Shown here one piece after another: positions 9,626-18,712 of a stretch of DNA of 33,182 bases (its first letter is position 1; the number at the start of each line of letters is the position of its first letter). The notes below the pieces were generated by a model. The model made no database searches. It saw only the letters and a list, made by a program, of their open reading frames with translations, and was not told where the DNA came from. The position numbers and the translations under genes are program-made. Origin of the DNA: Verrucomicrobiota bacterium (lineage in GTDB: Bacteria > Verrucomicrobiota > Verrucomicrobiia > Limisphaerales > J093); contig DAOOQY010000001.1 in the NCBI GenBank assembly GCA_035389025.1, positions 1 through 33,182 of the forward strand, in the 5' to 3' direction.

Positions 9626-10867
9626 ATGACCGGTCTCCTGCTTGGCGGGCTCGCGGTCCTCAGCCTCGCCCTGACCCTCTGGCAGTGGCTCGAGACGCGC
9701 TGGTTCCCCTTGCATCGGCGGATCGCCGACCCCGAGTTCGCCCCGGCTTTGACTCTGTTCAAGCCGCTTAAGGGAGGCGATGCCGAGACGGAAGCCTGCC
9801 TCCGCAGTTGGCTCAGCCAAGACTACCCGGGCAAGGTCCAAATCCTCTTCGGGGTCGCATCCGCACACGAGCCGGCGGCGTCCATCGCCCGCGCATTGCT
9901 GGCCGAGTCGCCCGGCAGGGACCTCGAGTTGGTGCTCTGTCCCCAGCGGCTCGGCACCAATGGCAAGGCTTCAACCCTCGCCCAGCTCTCGAATCGCGCC
10001 CGCCATGCCATCTGGGTGGTGAGCGACGCTGACGTTCACGTCCCGCCCGATTTCCTGAGCAGCCTGGTCGCGCCCTTGAAAGACCCGGGCGTGGGCCTCG
10101 TGAATGCGTTCTACGCCCTCGACCCTGCGCCCACCCTTGCCATGCGGTGGGAAGCGATCGGCGTGAACGCCGACTTCTGGGGCAGCGTGCTGCAGTCACT
10201 AAGGTTTGCGCCCCAAAGATTTGCACTCGGCGCGGCATTCGCCGTCCGGCAAATCCATGTCGTGCAGAGCGGAGGTTTCGCCGCCCTCACAAATGTCCTC
10301 GCGGACGATTTTGTCCTGGGCCGGTCCGTGGCGGATCAAGACCTCCGGATTGCGCTCTGTCCGGTCGTTGCCACATGCCGGGAGGCGCAGCAAGGATGGG
10401 CCGCGGTCTGGCGACATCAACTGCGCTGGGCGCGGACGATTCGGGTTTGCTCTCTGTGGCCTTACGCCGCCAGCCTGGCCAGCAATTCAACCCTCTGGCC
10501 ACTGCTCTGGGCCCTCTCCGACCCGCGGTGGACCGTCTGGGCCGGCACGGCCGCCTGTCTGGCCGTGCGGCTGGCAACGGCCTGGGACAGCGAGGCGCGA
10601 TTGACCCTCTCGACCTTGCACTGGCGGTCGCTGTGGCTGGTCCCAATCAAAGATCTCCTTCAGGCCGCCCTCTGGGCCTTCGCCTTTCTGGGTGACAGGG
10701 TCGAGTGGCGGGGCGAACGCTTCCGCGTCCTGCCCAGCGGAGAGTTGCTCCCGTGCGATGCCCCGGCCCTGGGCGCGCCATACACAGGGCCAGGGGTTCC
10801 GCCGCGTGAGGGCACGAGGCCTACAGGCTTGCAGGCCGGGTCCGCACCTGCCGACAGGCTGACCTGA
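9626..10867 (+). CDS. GT2/GT21-type glycosyltransferase (ceramide glucosyltransferase / HpnI-like), membrane-bound
   Basis: N-terminal TM helix, then LFKPLKG, VVSDADVHV (DxD-like) and WRHQLRWARTIR (the Q/RxxRW motif), followed by C-terminal TM helices. It starts 3 nt after the ATPase stop. Its last ~23 codons read into repeat B2. Confidence 0.75.
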   Translation: MTGLLLGGLAVLSLALTLWQWLETRWFPLHRRIADPEFAPALTLFKPLKGGDAETEACLRSWLSQDYPGKVQILFGVASAHEPAASIARALLAESPGRDLELVLCPQRLGTNGKASTLAQLSNRARHAIWVVSDADVHVPPDFLSSLVAPLKDPGVGLVNAFYALDPAPTLAMRWEAIGVNADFWGSVLQSLRFAPQRFALGAAFAVRQIHVVQSGGFAALTNVLADDFVLGRSVADQDLRIALCPVVATCREAQQGWAAVWRHQLRWARTIRVCSLWPYAASLASNSTLWPLLWALSDPRWTVWAGTAACLAVRLATAWDSEARLTLSTLHWRSLWLVPIKDLLQAALWAFAFLGDRVEWRGERFRVLPSGELLPCDAPALGAPYTGPGVPPREGTRPTGLQAGSAPADRLT

Positions 10868-10900
10868 CCGGGCGCTGTATCGTTTGTGTCGCCCTGTAAA
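10798..10900. repeat. Dispersed intergenic repeat, family B, copy 2
   Basis: tccgccgcgtgagggcacgaggcctacaggcttgcaggccgggtcc[gcacctgccgacaggctgac]ctgaccgggcgctgtatcgtttgtgtcgc matches 687-772. Both convergent flanking genes terminate inside it (stops at 10865-10867 and 10821-10823). Confidence 0.8.
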
Positions 10901-11801
10901 ACGCGGGCTGCTTGAAAAGTCCGCGGGCGAACTCGGCATTGCGCCGGACGTCAGCGACAGCGTCCTTGGACGGGCTCGAAGTCTCGAGCACAATCCATCC
11001 GCGGTACCCAATCTTCTGAATCGCCGATGCAATCGGACCAAACTCGAGCTTTCCGTTGTCCAGGTACTCCGGTCCATTCTTGAAATGGAACTGGACAATC
11101 CGCTCTTTCAGGAGACGGATGTCTCCGGGCACGTCGTGCCCCTTCGTCACTCCGGTGTTGTACACGTCGTAATAGACCTGCACCGCTTCATGATTGATCC
11201 GGTCCAGGATCCGTGCGTTCTGCGATCCATCCAGGTAATTCTCGATCGCCAGAATGACCCCGGCGTCCTTCGCCCGCGGCGCCGCGGCCTTCAGACGCCC
11301 CACCGCAACGCCGACATCGGCCTCCTTGACCTTCCCGCTGGCATCGAGCAGGTCGCCATTCCCAAAAAATGCCACCAGAATGACACGCGCCCCGAGGTCG
11401 TGGGCTGCGTCAATCGCCTGTTCGAGCCAGGCCGGGGCCCGTGGATCCGAGGCGAGCGGATGCGAATTCAGCAGGCCCATCATGAGCGAGCAGACCGGCA
11501 GACCCGTCCGGCGCATCTGATCCTTGTACCTCTGCCGGACCGCCGGATCCGCGATTTCGAGACGATCGGACTCGCCCCCGACGCCAACCTCGACACCGTC
11601 GAGACCAGCCTGGTGCGCCTGGTCGAGGCCGACAACGCATGCGCCGAAACGGATTGCGCCAGCGGCCTCGCCGGCGGAGGCCAGCGGCTGAAGTCGTGGC
11701 CAGAGGGCGCTGCCGACAAGCACCGATGCGGCTTGTCCGAAAAACGTTCGCCGATCGAGAACGGGCTGATGGGCAGTCATGGGCTCAAGGATAGTTTTCA
11801 T
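10821..11801 (-). CDS. sugar phosphate isomerase/epimerase (xylose isomerase-like TIM barrel) with Tat signal
   Basis: MKTILEPMTAHQPVLDRRTFFGQAASVLVGSAL contains a twin-arginine motif (RRTFF). The rest reads as a TIM barrel: GLDGVEV, VILVAFFG, VILAIENY, VQFHFKNG, GWIVLE. An alternative start is the ATG at 11780. Confidence 0.75.
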   Translation of the reverse strand: MKTILEPMTAHQPVLDRRTFFGQAASVLVGSALWPRLQPLASAGEAAGAIRFGACVVGLDQAHQAGLDGVEVGVGGESDRLEIADPAVRQRYKDQMRRTGLPVCSLMMGLLNSHPLASDPRAPAWLEQAIDAAHDLGARVILVAFFGNGDLLDASGKVKEADVGVAVGRLKAAAPRAKDAGVILAIENYLDGSQNARILDRINHEAVQVYYDVYNTGVTKGHDVPGDIRLLKERIVQFHFKNGPEYLDNGKLEFGPIASAIQKIGYRGWIVLETSSPSKDAVADVRRNAEFARGLFKQPAFYRATQTIQRPVRSACRQVRTRPASL

Positions 11802-11972
11802 TCGATCTTTATACGCCTGTCAGAACCGAGTGTTCAGTTTGATATTGTATGATGATGTGGACATATACAGCTAACGTAATACTGCCGTATAGAATTCAGT
11901 TCTTTTGTCGTCCACTGGTCATGATGCCGATCATTTGGACTGGGCTGAATCGCATCTGGCTGGATTGTCCAA

Positions 11973-13874
11973 TCATGCGGGAGTTTCTTTTGCCTCCGTT
12001 ATCGGTCCTCGTTTCATCCAGACAAGGATCAGACTGATATCGGCCGGTGAAACACCCGAAATGCGCGACGCTTGTCCGACAGTGATCGGACTCACTCGCT
12101 TGAGCTTCATTCGGGCCTCAGTCCTCAGTCCCGGGATTCGATCATAGTCAAGCCACACAGGAATTGTCTTCTCCTCCATCGCTTTGCTGCGATCGACCTC
12201 GACCTGCTGTCGATGAAGATACCCGGCGTATTTAATGGCCGACTCGATCTGAAGAATGTCCTCCGCTGTGAGTTCCGCGTTCACCGATGGAAGGTCTTTG
12301 TAGCCGATTTCCGGACGCCGCAACATGGATTCCAGGGTCGAAGATCCGATCCTGGTTCTTCGCAGTCGCTCCAGTTCAGCCTGTATGGCACTCCGACGGC
12401 TCCGGAACGACTGGTAATGCCGCTCTGGCAAGAGCCCCACAGCGAATCCGATCTCCGATAACCGGTCATCGGCATTGTCCTGTCGCAGGAGCAATCGGAA
12501 CTCCGCCCTGGACGTGAACATGCGATACGGTTCTGCGGTGCCCTTCGTCACCAGATCATCGAGCAGAACGCCTATATAGGCCTGGTCCCGCCGTAGGACG
12601 ATCGGCGGTTTGCCCTGAACCCGCCTGGCGGCGTTGATGCCGACGATGATCCCCTGGGCCGCCGCCTCTTCGTAGCCCGAGGTCCCGTTGATCTGGCCCG
12701 CGAAGTACAGGTTTCGACAGAGTTTCGTTTCAAGCGACGGGTGCAGCTGCGTCGGCGGAGCAAAGTCGTATTCGATCGCGTAGCCGGGACGCATGATCTC
12801 CGCGTTCTCACAGCCGATAATGGTCCGAACCATCTCGATCTGCACCTCGTATGGCAGACTGGTCGAGAACCCGTTCACGTAGATCTCTTCGGTCGATGTG
12901 CCCTCGGGTTCGAGAAAGATCTGGTGCCGTTCCTTTGCCGGGAACTTGACGATCTTGTCCTCTATCGACGGACAGTACCGAGTGCCAGTGCCTTCGATCA
13001 CCCCGGAGTAAAGCGGCGACTTCTCGAGATTGGCGCGAATGATCTGGGCCGTCTTGTCGCTCGTGAAGGTCACATGACAGCAGAGTTGGCGCCCCAGATG
13101 TTCGAGGACCGAACCGTGGGGGTAGATCCCCGGATGATCGCCATCCCTGTCCGAATGTTCCACGTGGAACAAATCCTCCTTCCAGAAATGGAAGTAAGGG
13201 ACAGGCTCGTCCCCAGGCTGAGCATCTGCCTTTGAGAAGTCAATGGACCGCCGCCGCAGCCGTGGGGGCGTTCCGGTCTTGAGTCGACCCAATTCAAACC
13301 CCAAATGCTTGAGTGACGCAGACAATCCAGTCGATGCAGGCTCACCCGATCGCCCTCCCGCGATTTGGTTGAATCCGATGTGCATCACTCCACGCAAGAA
13401 TGTGCCTGTAGTAACAACGACACACTTGCCCTTGAACTGGACTTTCAGTGTGGTCTCGACACCAACCGCAACACCTTGATCGACCAGAATCCGATCGACC
13501 TGCCCCTGCTTGCATTCGAGTCGAGGCTGCCGCTCACACACACCCTTGAGTCGAAACTGATACGCCTTCTTGTCGCACTGGGCCCTCGGTGCTCGTACAG
13601 ATGGGCCTTTCCTGCTATTCAGCATCCGAAACTGGAGGCCGGTCATGTCCGTATTCAAGCCCATCTCCCCGCCGAGGGCATCGATTTCGCGGGCGAGTTG
13701 GCCTTTGGCGAGGCCTCCAATTGCGGGATTGCACGACATTTGGCCAATGCAATCCAAGTTTATCGTTAACAACAGTGTCTCATGACCGATCCGTGCCGAC
13801 GCCAGCGCAGCCTCGACGCCTGCGTGACCCGCACCGATAACGATCACATCATATTCCTTCGGATAGAGGAACAT
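11973..13874 (-). CDS. mnmG: tRNA uridine-5-carboxymethylaminomethyl synthesis enzyme MnmG (GidA)
   Basis: Motifs: YDVIVIGAGHAGVEAA, GQMSCNPAIGG, LKTGTPPRL, TRYCPSIEDK, FAGQINGTSGYEEAAAQG, PGLRTEARMKL. ATG 13872-13874 is preferred as the start; the track start at 13892 is a TTG. Confidence 0.95.
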   Translation of the reverse strand: MFLYPKEYDVIVIGAGHAGVEAALASARIGHETLLLTINLDCIGQMSCNPAIGGLAKGQLAREIDALGGEMGLNTDMTGLQFRMLNSRKGPSVRAPRAQCDKKAYQFRLKGVCERQPRLECKQGQVDRILVDQGVAVGVETTLKVQFKGKCVVVTTGTFLRGVMHIGFNQIAGGRSGEPASTGLSASLKHLGFELGRLKTGTPPRLRRRSIDFSKADAQPGDEPVPYFHFWKEDLFHVEHSDRDGDHPGIYPHGSVLEHLGRQLCCHVTFTSDKTAQIIRANLEKSPLYSGVIEGTGTRYCPSIEDKIVKFPAKERHQIFLEPEGTSTEEIYVNGFSTSLPYEVQIEMVRTIIGCENAEIMRPGYAIEYDFAPPTQLHPSLETKLCRNLYFAGQINGTSGYEEAAAQGIIVGINAARRVQGKPPIVLRRDQAYIGVLLDDLVTKGTAEPYRMFTSRAEFRLLLRQDNADDRLSEIGFAVGLLPERHYQSFRSRRSAIQAELERLRRTRIGSSTLESMLRRPEIGYKDLPSVNAELTAEDILQIESAIKYAGYLHRQQVEVDRSKAMEEKTIPVWLDYDRIPGLRTEARMKLKRVSPITVGQASRISGVSPADISLILVWMKRGPITEAKETPA

Positions 13875-13916
13875 TAGTCCGCTCTCAAACAATCAGACCA
13901 ACCCGCGCATCCGCTC

Positions 13917-13962
13917 AAAAAAAAACCGGGTTCGGAACCAGAGGATGGTTCTCAAACCCGGT
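13917..13962 (-). terminator. strong rho-independent terminator (minus strand)
   Basis: On the minus strand the sequence reads ACCGGGTT-tgaGAACCA-tcctc-TGGTTCcg-AACCCGGT followed by nine U (A-run 13917-13925 on +). The outer stem is 8 bp and the inner stem 6-7 bp. Confidence 0.75.
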
Positions 13963-14130
13963 GGAATTTTCAGAGTACAACTGAGGGACTATGGGGATAT
14001 CTCGGAAACGACCGGTACTTAGCCGCAACCGAAAATTCGCTGCAAAATTCAAAGACCGACTGTTAATGCGCCTCAGAAACAAAGTTCTGAAAGCACAACA
14101 CTGAAACACCAGTCCCCAGGCAAGTCAAGC
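13917..14130 (-). ncRNA. candidate terminator-bounded small RNA, or terminator-type 5' leader of mnmG (5' end not determined)
   Basis: This AT-rich stretch has no credible ORF and ends in the terminator above, only about 45 nt upstream of the mnmG ATG. A TTGACT hexamer lies on the minus strand at about 14122-14127. I could not match it to any known RNA family (not tRNA, tmRNA, SRP or RNase P by eye). Confidence 0.25.
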
Positions 14131-14362
14131 ACACGAACAAAGTATTACATGCACTGATGTTATCCATCAAAATAAAACAAACGCTGGGCGCACGGCCATG
14201 CCGCCGGGATGATGGCATCCCTCCGGCCTGCGGCACCGGAGAGTGCAGCGGTTGCAGGCCGGGTCCCCGGACCCTGCGTTCCGAACGTCGTCAAACTGAG
14301 AATTGCTGCTGCCGGAGGCATTGTGCCGTGCGTTTTGCTGTTTACAGCTCCGGGGTCCGCAC

Positions 14363-14912
<550 letters not shown>

Positions 14913-15084
14913 CCCGAACGGGGCAATGCGATTGGGTCGAGGCGCGGCACCTTCGTCTCCATGAACTCGATGCCGCCCAGGCCAGCGCAACCAGGCTCGG
15001 TCTTCGGGGTGGGAAACGATGTCGGGGTGGCGGTCAGGCGATGGATGTGAGGTCGGGCGGCGAGCTGGATTTGGGAGCAAGTGC

Positions 15085-15400
15085 GGGTTGTGAATAACAG
15101 GTGGACAAGAGTTAATATGTTGTTCTGGTTTTCGGTGGACGACTTGCCTACAAACGCTGTCGCGTAACCTGAGTAAGGATCGAGTGGGGATTATTATTTC
15201 CGTGAGTGCCTCAGAGACAATGCAACACAGAATTTTAAAGTATTGGCATGCAATGTGTTGCGACTTTAGCAGTCGAGATAGGCCAGTTTTTTGGGCTTTT
15301 CCGACCGGGGTGTCTAAATTCTTTTCAATGCCAGAGGCGCTAAGCCTCTGGAAAACGGGACGTTACGCGCTCGTTGCAAGTGGTGGTGAATAAAACCGTC
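15085..15400. promoter_or_regulatory. AT-rich dnaA upstream region with DnaA-box-like 9-mers (dnaA promoter/autoregulatory region; possible oriC)
   Basis: Matches to TGTGGATAA: TGTGAATAA at 15089-15097 (8/9), GGTGGACAA at 15100-15108 (7/9), TGGGGATTA at 15185-15193 (7/9) and GGTGAATAA at 15385-15393 (7/9). AT-rich runs (attattattt, aattttaaagtatt, ctaaattcttttcaat) sit in an otherwise GC-rich window. It is immediately 5' of dnaA and close to mnmG. Confidence 0.4.
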
Positions 15401-15430
15401 TCAGGCGCAAGTCAGGGCCGTTGTCGTCTC

Positions 15431-16795
15431 ATGCAAACTTCAAACGAGAAGGTCTGGTCCTCGGCTCAGTCGATTCTCCGAGGCATGCTCAATCCGGACA
15501 TCTACAATCTCTGGTTCACGCACTTGCGAGCCAGGGAGATGTCCGAGGAGCAAATCCTGCTCGAGGTCCCGAATGATTTCTGCGAACTGTGGCTCAAGGA
15601 CAATTACCTGGGACTGTTGCAGGATGTGGTGGCGCACGTGACCGGGTCGGCTCGCCGTGTCCAGTTCGTCATTGCCGCCCAACCGTCCGAGCCGGCACCG
15701 GGCGAAGGGGCGGCGCCTGAGCGGGCCGCGGTGTCGTCCGCGCGCGGTCCGGTTGCCGGCGCTGTCGCGCGCGAGTCACCGTTCAATCCCAACAACACGT
15801 TTGACACCTTTGTGGTGGGGAGCAACAACAGCTTCGCCCATGCGGCGGCATTGGCGGTCGCGCAGGCGCCGGGGCGGTCCTACAATCCGCTCTTTGTGTA
15901 CGGGGGAACCGGTTTGGGCAAGACCCACCTTTTGCACGCGATCGGGCAGCACGCGGCCCAGAATCGAAAGGGCGCCCGCGTCGCCTATCTCTCTTCGGAG
16001 AAGTTCACCAACGAGTACATCGACGCCATCCAGACCAATCAGTTGGCGCGCTTTCGGAAGAAGTATCGGATGACCGATGTCCTGCTGATCGACGATGTGC
16101 AGTTTCTGGCGAACAAGGAGCGGATTCAGGAGGAGTTTTTCCACACGTTTAATGCCCTGCATGAGGCCCATCGCCAGATCGTTCTGACGTGCGATCGCCC
16201 CGCGAGCGAGATTCAGAATCTCGAACACCGGCTCATGTCGCGGTTCGAGTGGGGGTTGGTGACGGACCTGCAGCCGCCGGACGTCGAGACGCGCGTGGCC
16301 ATTTTGCGCAAGAAGGAGCAAAGCCTGGGCGTGAGCCTGCCGCAGGAGGTCATTGATTTCCTCGCCCAGCGGATTCGCTCGAACATTCGCCGGCTGGAGG
16401 GCGCCTTGATCCGCGTGGCCACCTACGCCTCGCTGGCGGGCAAGCCCGTCACCCTCGAGGTTGTGGAGCATCAGCTTCGCGAGTTGCTGCACGAGGAAGG
16501 GCGGCACGCGATCACGATCGAGATCATCCAGAAGAGAGTTGCGGAGCATTACGACATCCGGTTGGCGGACATGACCAGCCGGCGTCGGCCCGAGAACATC
16601 GCTTTTCCCAGGCAGGTGGCCATGTATCTGGCCCGTCAACTGACCGAGAGTTCCTTGAACACGATCGGCGAGGCCTTCGGAGGTCGGGACCACGGCACCG
16701 TTCTGCACGCCTGCCGCCTGGTGCGCGGGCGCATGGAGGTGGACCCGAGCGTGCGGCAGGCGGTGAGCTATATCGAGAAGCAGCTCCACCGATGA
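15431..16795 (+). CDS. dnaA: chromosomal replication initiator DnaA
   Basis: Start at ATG 15431 (MQTSNEKVWSSAQSIL). Motifs: Walker A GGTGLGKTHLLHAIG, LLIDDVQFL, sensor region and DNA-binding signature IGEAFGGRDHGTVLHA. Confidence 0.96.
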   Translation: MQTSNEKVWSSAQSILRGMLNPDIYNLWFTHLRAREMSEEQILLEVPNDFCELWLKDNYLGLLQDVVAHVTGSARRVQFVIAAQPSEPAPGEGAAPERAAVSSARGPVAGAVARESPFNPNNTFDTFVVGSNNSFAHAAALAVAQAPGRSYNPLFVYGGTGLGKTHLLHAIGQHAAQNRKGARVAYLSSEKFTNEYIDAIQTNQLARFRKKYRMTDVLLIDDVQFLANKERIQEEFFHTFNALHEAHRQIVLTCDRPASEIQNLEHRLMSRFEWGLVTDLQPPDVETRVAILRKKEQSLGVSLPQEVIDFLAQRIRSNIRRLEGALIRVATYASLAGKPVTLEVVEHQLRELLHEEGRHAITIEIIQKRVAEHYDIRLADMTSRRRPENIAFPRQVAMYLARQLTESSLNTIGEAFGGRDHGTVLHACRLVRGRMEVDPSVRQAVSYIEKQLHR

Positions 16796-16840
16796 GGGCG
16801 CCTCCGCTGAGCCGGCCGCCCCGCTTCCGCGTTGGGCAGG

Positions 16841-18712
16841 CTATCTCGCGGGGATGAGGTCCGCGAGTCCGGCGTCCCTCAGAGCTGCATCGAGCCATCG
16901 GGTTTGGTTGGGGAACAAGTGCTCGCGCCGGACCTCGGCGGCGTCGAGGCGCGCGAGGTTCGTCTGGCCCTGGGCGAGGTGGATTTCGAATGCGCAGAGG
17001 CGGAAGACGCTGCGTCCGAACTCGTCAAAACGGGCGGGGTCAACGGTGCTGAGCAGTTCGGACGCTTCGTTCCAGCGCTGGTTCAAGGCGAGGGCATAGC
17101 AGTGGTTGACGCGCGCGTGGGGCGAGGCCGGCATGCGGGCAAGGAAATCGCGCGTCACGCCCACCACCCTGGCCGGATCGAGCCTGTTGATCAGCAGCGC
17201 CGCTGCGTAGTTGAAATCCCATCGGTCATCGCCCGGGAGGAGGCGGCGGGCTTCGGTTGCGGCTCTCAGGAGCAGGACAGGGTCCTGGCGCATGGCCTCG
17301 GCAAGCTCGAAGACGACCTGCCAATAGAAGGGCACATCCTTCAAGGGCTGTTCGAGAGGCGCCAACACCTGCCATGCCTTGTCGTAATAGCCCAGTTCCT
17401 TCAAGCCAAGGCCGACCTCGAGCGCGATTCGGGGTGAGGGAAAGAACCCGCGGGCCGCGGCCTGCATTGACGCGCCGGCCTGATCGATGTGTTTCAACAT
17501 GTGATGCGCCCGTCCCTCGATGAAGTCCGTCCAGCCACCCAGGGCCCGGGCCGTCTGCGGGACGGCCCGCAACTCTTCCGCCATCTCGAGGAGGCCGCGC
17601 CAGTCTGCCGCGGCACTGAGCAGCGCGGCGCGTTTGAGCCAGACAGACTGCGTGGCTGCGGATGGGTTGCCGCCCTGCTGCATTGTAAACTGCCGCAGGG
17701 TCAAGTGCGCCTGATCGGGCAGTCCCAGAGCGTTCAGGGCATCCGCCAGCAGGATCGCGTCTTTGGCGGAACGCGGTTTGCCGACCTCGCGCACCGCCAG
17801 GGTCCGGGCCTGATCGGACCGCCCGGCCTGGGCCAGCAACTTCCAGTAACCAAGGTGATCGCGCAGTCTGTCGGCTCGGGACTCGACAAGGCGTTCGAGC
17901 GATTTCGCGTAATTGTCAGGGTCTTGCGCCTGCTCGAAATCGAGAAGCTGCAGGCGGGTTGCCAGGATGCGTTGGGCGGGGTCCTCGAGCGCCTGTTCGA
18001 GACGGCGGCGGGCGTCGTCGCGAGCGGGCAGCGGTCCCCAGCCGGCGAGATAGGCGGCATGATAGAGGGCGAGGGTGAGATTCTGGGCGGACTCGGCGCT
18101 CAGCCGTTCCCAACGCTCTCTGTAGGCGGGTCCATCGCCTCGATCCAGGAGGGCCTTGAGGTAAAGAACCTCGTCCTCCCTCGAGAGTTCGTCCCGCAGC
18201 GGATGCAACAGATCGTACACCTCGTCCGAACGCCCCGTCCGATCGCACAACTGCGCCACCAGGCCGATGTCCTGGGCATTGGTCCCGCCAAGGGCGACCA
18301 ACCAGGCCGGCAACTTGGCCGCCTGTTCGAGGGCCGCGGCGGGCGGATTGGGGAGGCTCACGGTGGCGCGCAGGGCCTGCCGGATCGTCGGCAGATGCCC
18401 CAGGTTCTTGATGACGGCGGCGCGCCAGGCGGCGGCGGCTTCCTCGTCCGATCCGTTGGCGGCGAGGTGCCGGGCCGACCGCCGCAGTTGCCAGGCCTGG
18501 GCGAGGTTGAGGAGGCTCACTCGCACCTGGGGCTGGAAGCCGGGCGGGGTCACACGCCAAATCTTGGGCAGCGAGATCGCGATCCCGACAACGACAACGA
18601 GGATCAGCACCGACACGATCCGGAACCACGGATCGAGGATGAGAAGCCGGATCAGCTCGCCCTGATCGTGGGGCAGGGCTTTCAGATCGCGTTTGGAGGG
18701 GAGCGGGTCCAC
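16841..18712 (-). CDS. membrane-anchored helical-repeat (TPR-like) protein, unknown function
   Basis: 623 aa with one N-terminal TM helix (FRIVSVLILVVVVGIAISL), then Ala/Leu/Arg-rich helical repeats throughout. The GTG start at 18712 directly abuts the TAG stop of the upstream response regulator (TAGGTG). No catalytic motif was recognised. Confidence 0.6.
   Translation of the reverse strand: MDPLPSKRDLKALPHDQGELIRLLILDPWFRIVSVLILVVVVGIAISLPKIWRVTPPGFQPQVRVSLLNLAQAWQLRRSARHLAANGSDEEAAAAWRAAVIKNLGHLPTIRQALRATVSLPNPPAAALEQAAKLPAWLVALGGTNAQDIGLVAQLCDRTGRSDEVYDLLHPLRDELSREDEVLYLKALLDRGDGPAYRERWERLSAESAQNLTLALYHAAYLAGWGPLPARDDARRRLEQALEDPAQRILATRLQLLDFEQAQDPDNYAKSLERLVESRADRLRDHLGYWKLLAQAGRSDQARTLAVREVGKPRSAKDAILLADALNALGLPDQAHLTLRQFTMQQGGNPSAATQSVWLKRAALLSAAADWRGLLEMAEELRAVPQTARALGGWTDFIEGRAHHMLKHIDQAGASMQAAARGFFPSPRIALEVGLGLKELGYYDKAWQVLAPLEQPLKDVPFYWQVVFELAEAMRQDPVLLLRAATEARRLLPGDDRWDFNYAAALLINRLDPARVVGVTRDFLARMPASPHARVNHCYALALNQRWNEASELLSTVDPARFDEFGRSVFRLCAFEIHLAQGQTNLARLDAAEVRREHLFPNQTRWLDAALRDAGLADLIPAR

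Noticed and set aside
8273-9868. 531-aa minus ORF, and the 488-aa + ORF 8305..9771
   Set aside because: These are alternative frames over the GspE-like ATPase gene with shadow-ORF composition.
13915-14109. 64-aa minus ORF in the AT-rich spacer
   Set aside because: Its composition is implausible (MFQCCAFRTLFLRRINSRSLNF...), it has no Shine-Dalgarno sequence, and it runs through the terminator hairpin. The region is treated as non-coding RNA or leader instead.
15184-15393. 69-aa + ORF upstream of dnaA
   Set aside because: It lies in the AT-rich dnaA upstream region that carries the DnaA-box-like motifs. It has no ribosome-binding site and an odd composition, so it is more likely non-coding.
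15776-16789. 337-aa minus ORF
   Set aside because: It is antisense to dnaA.
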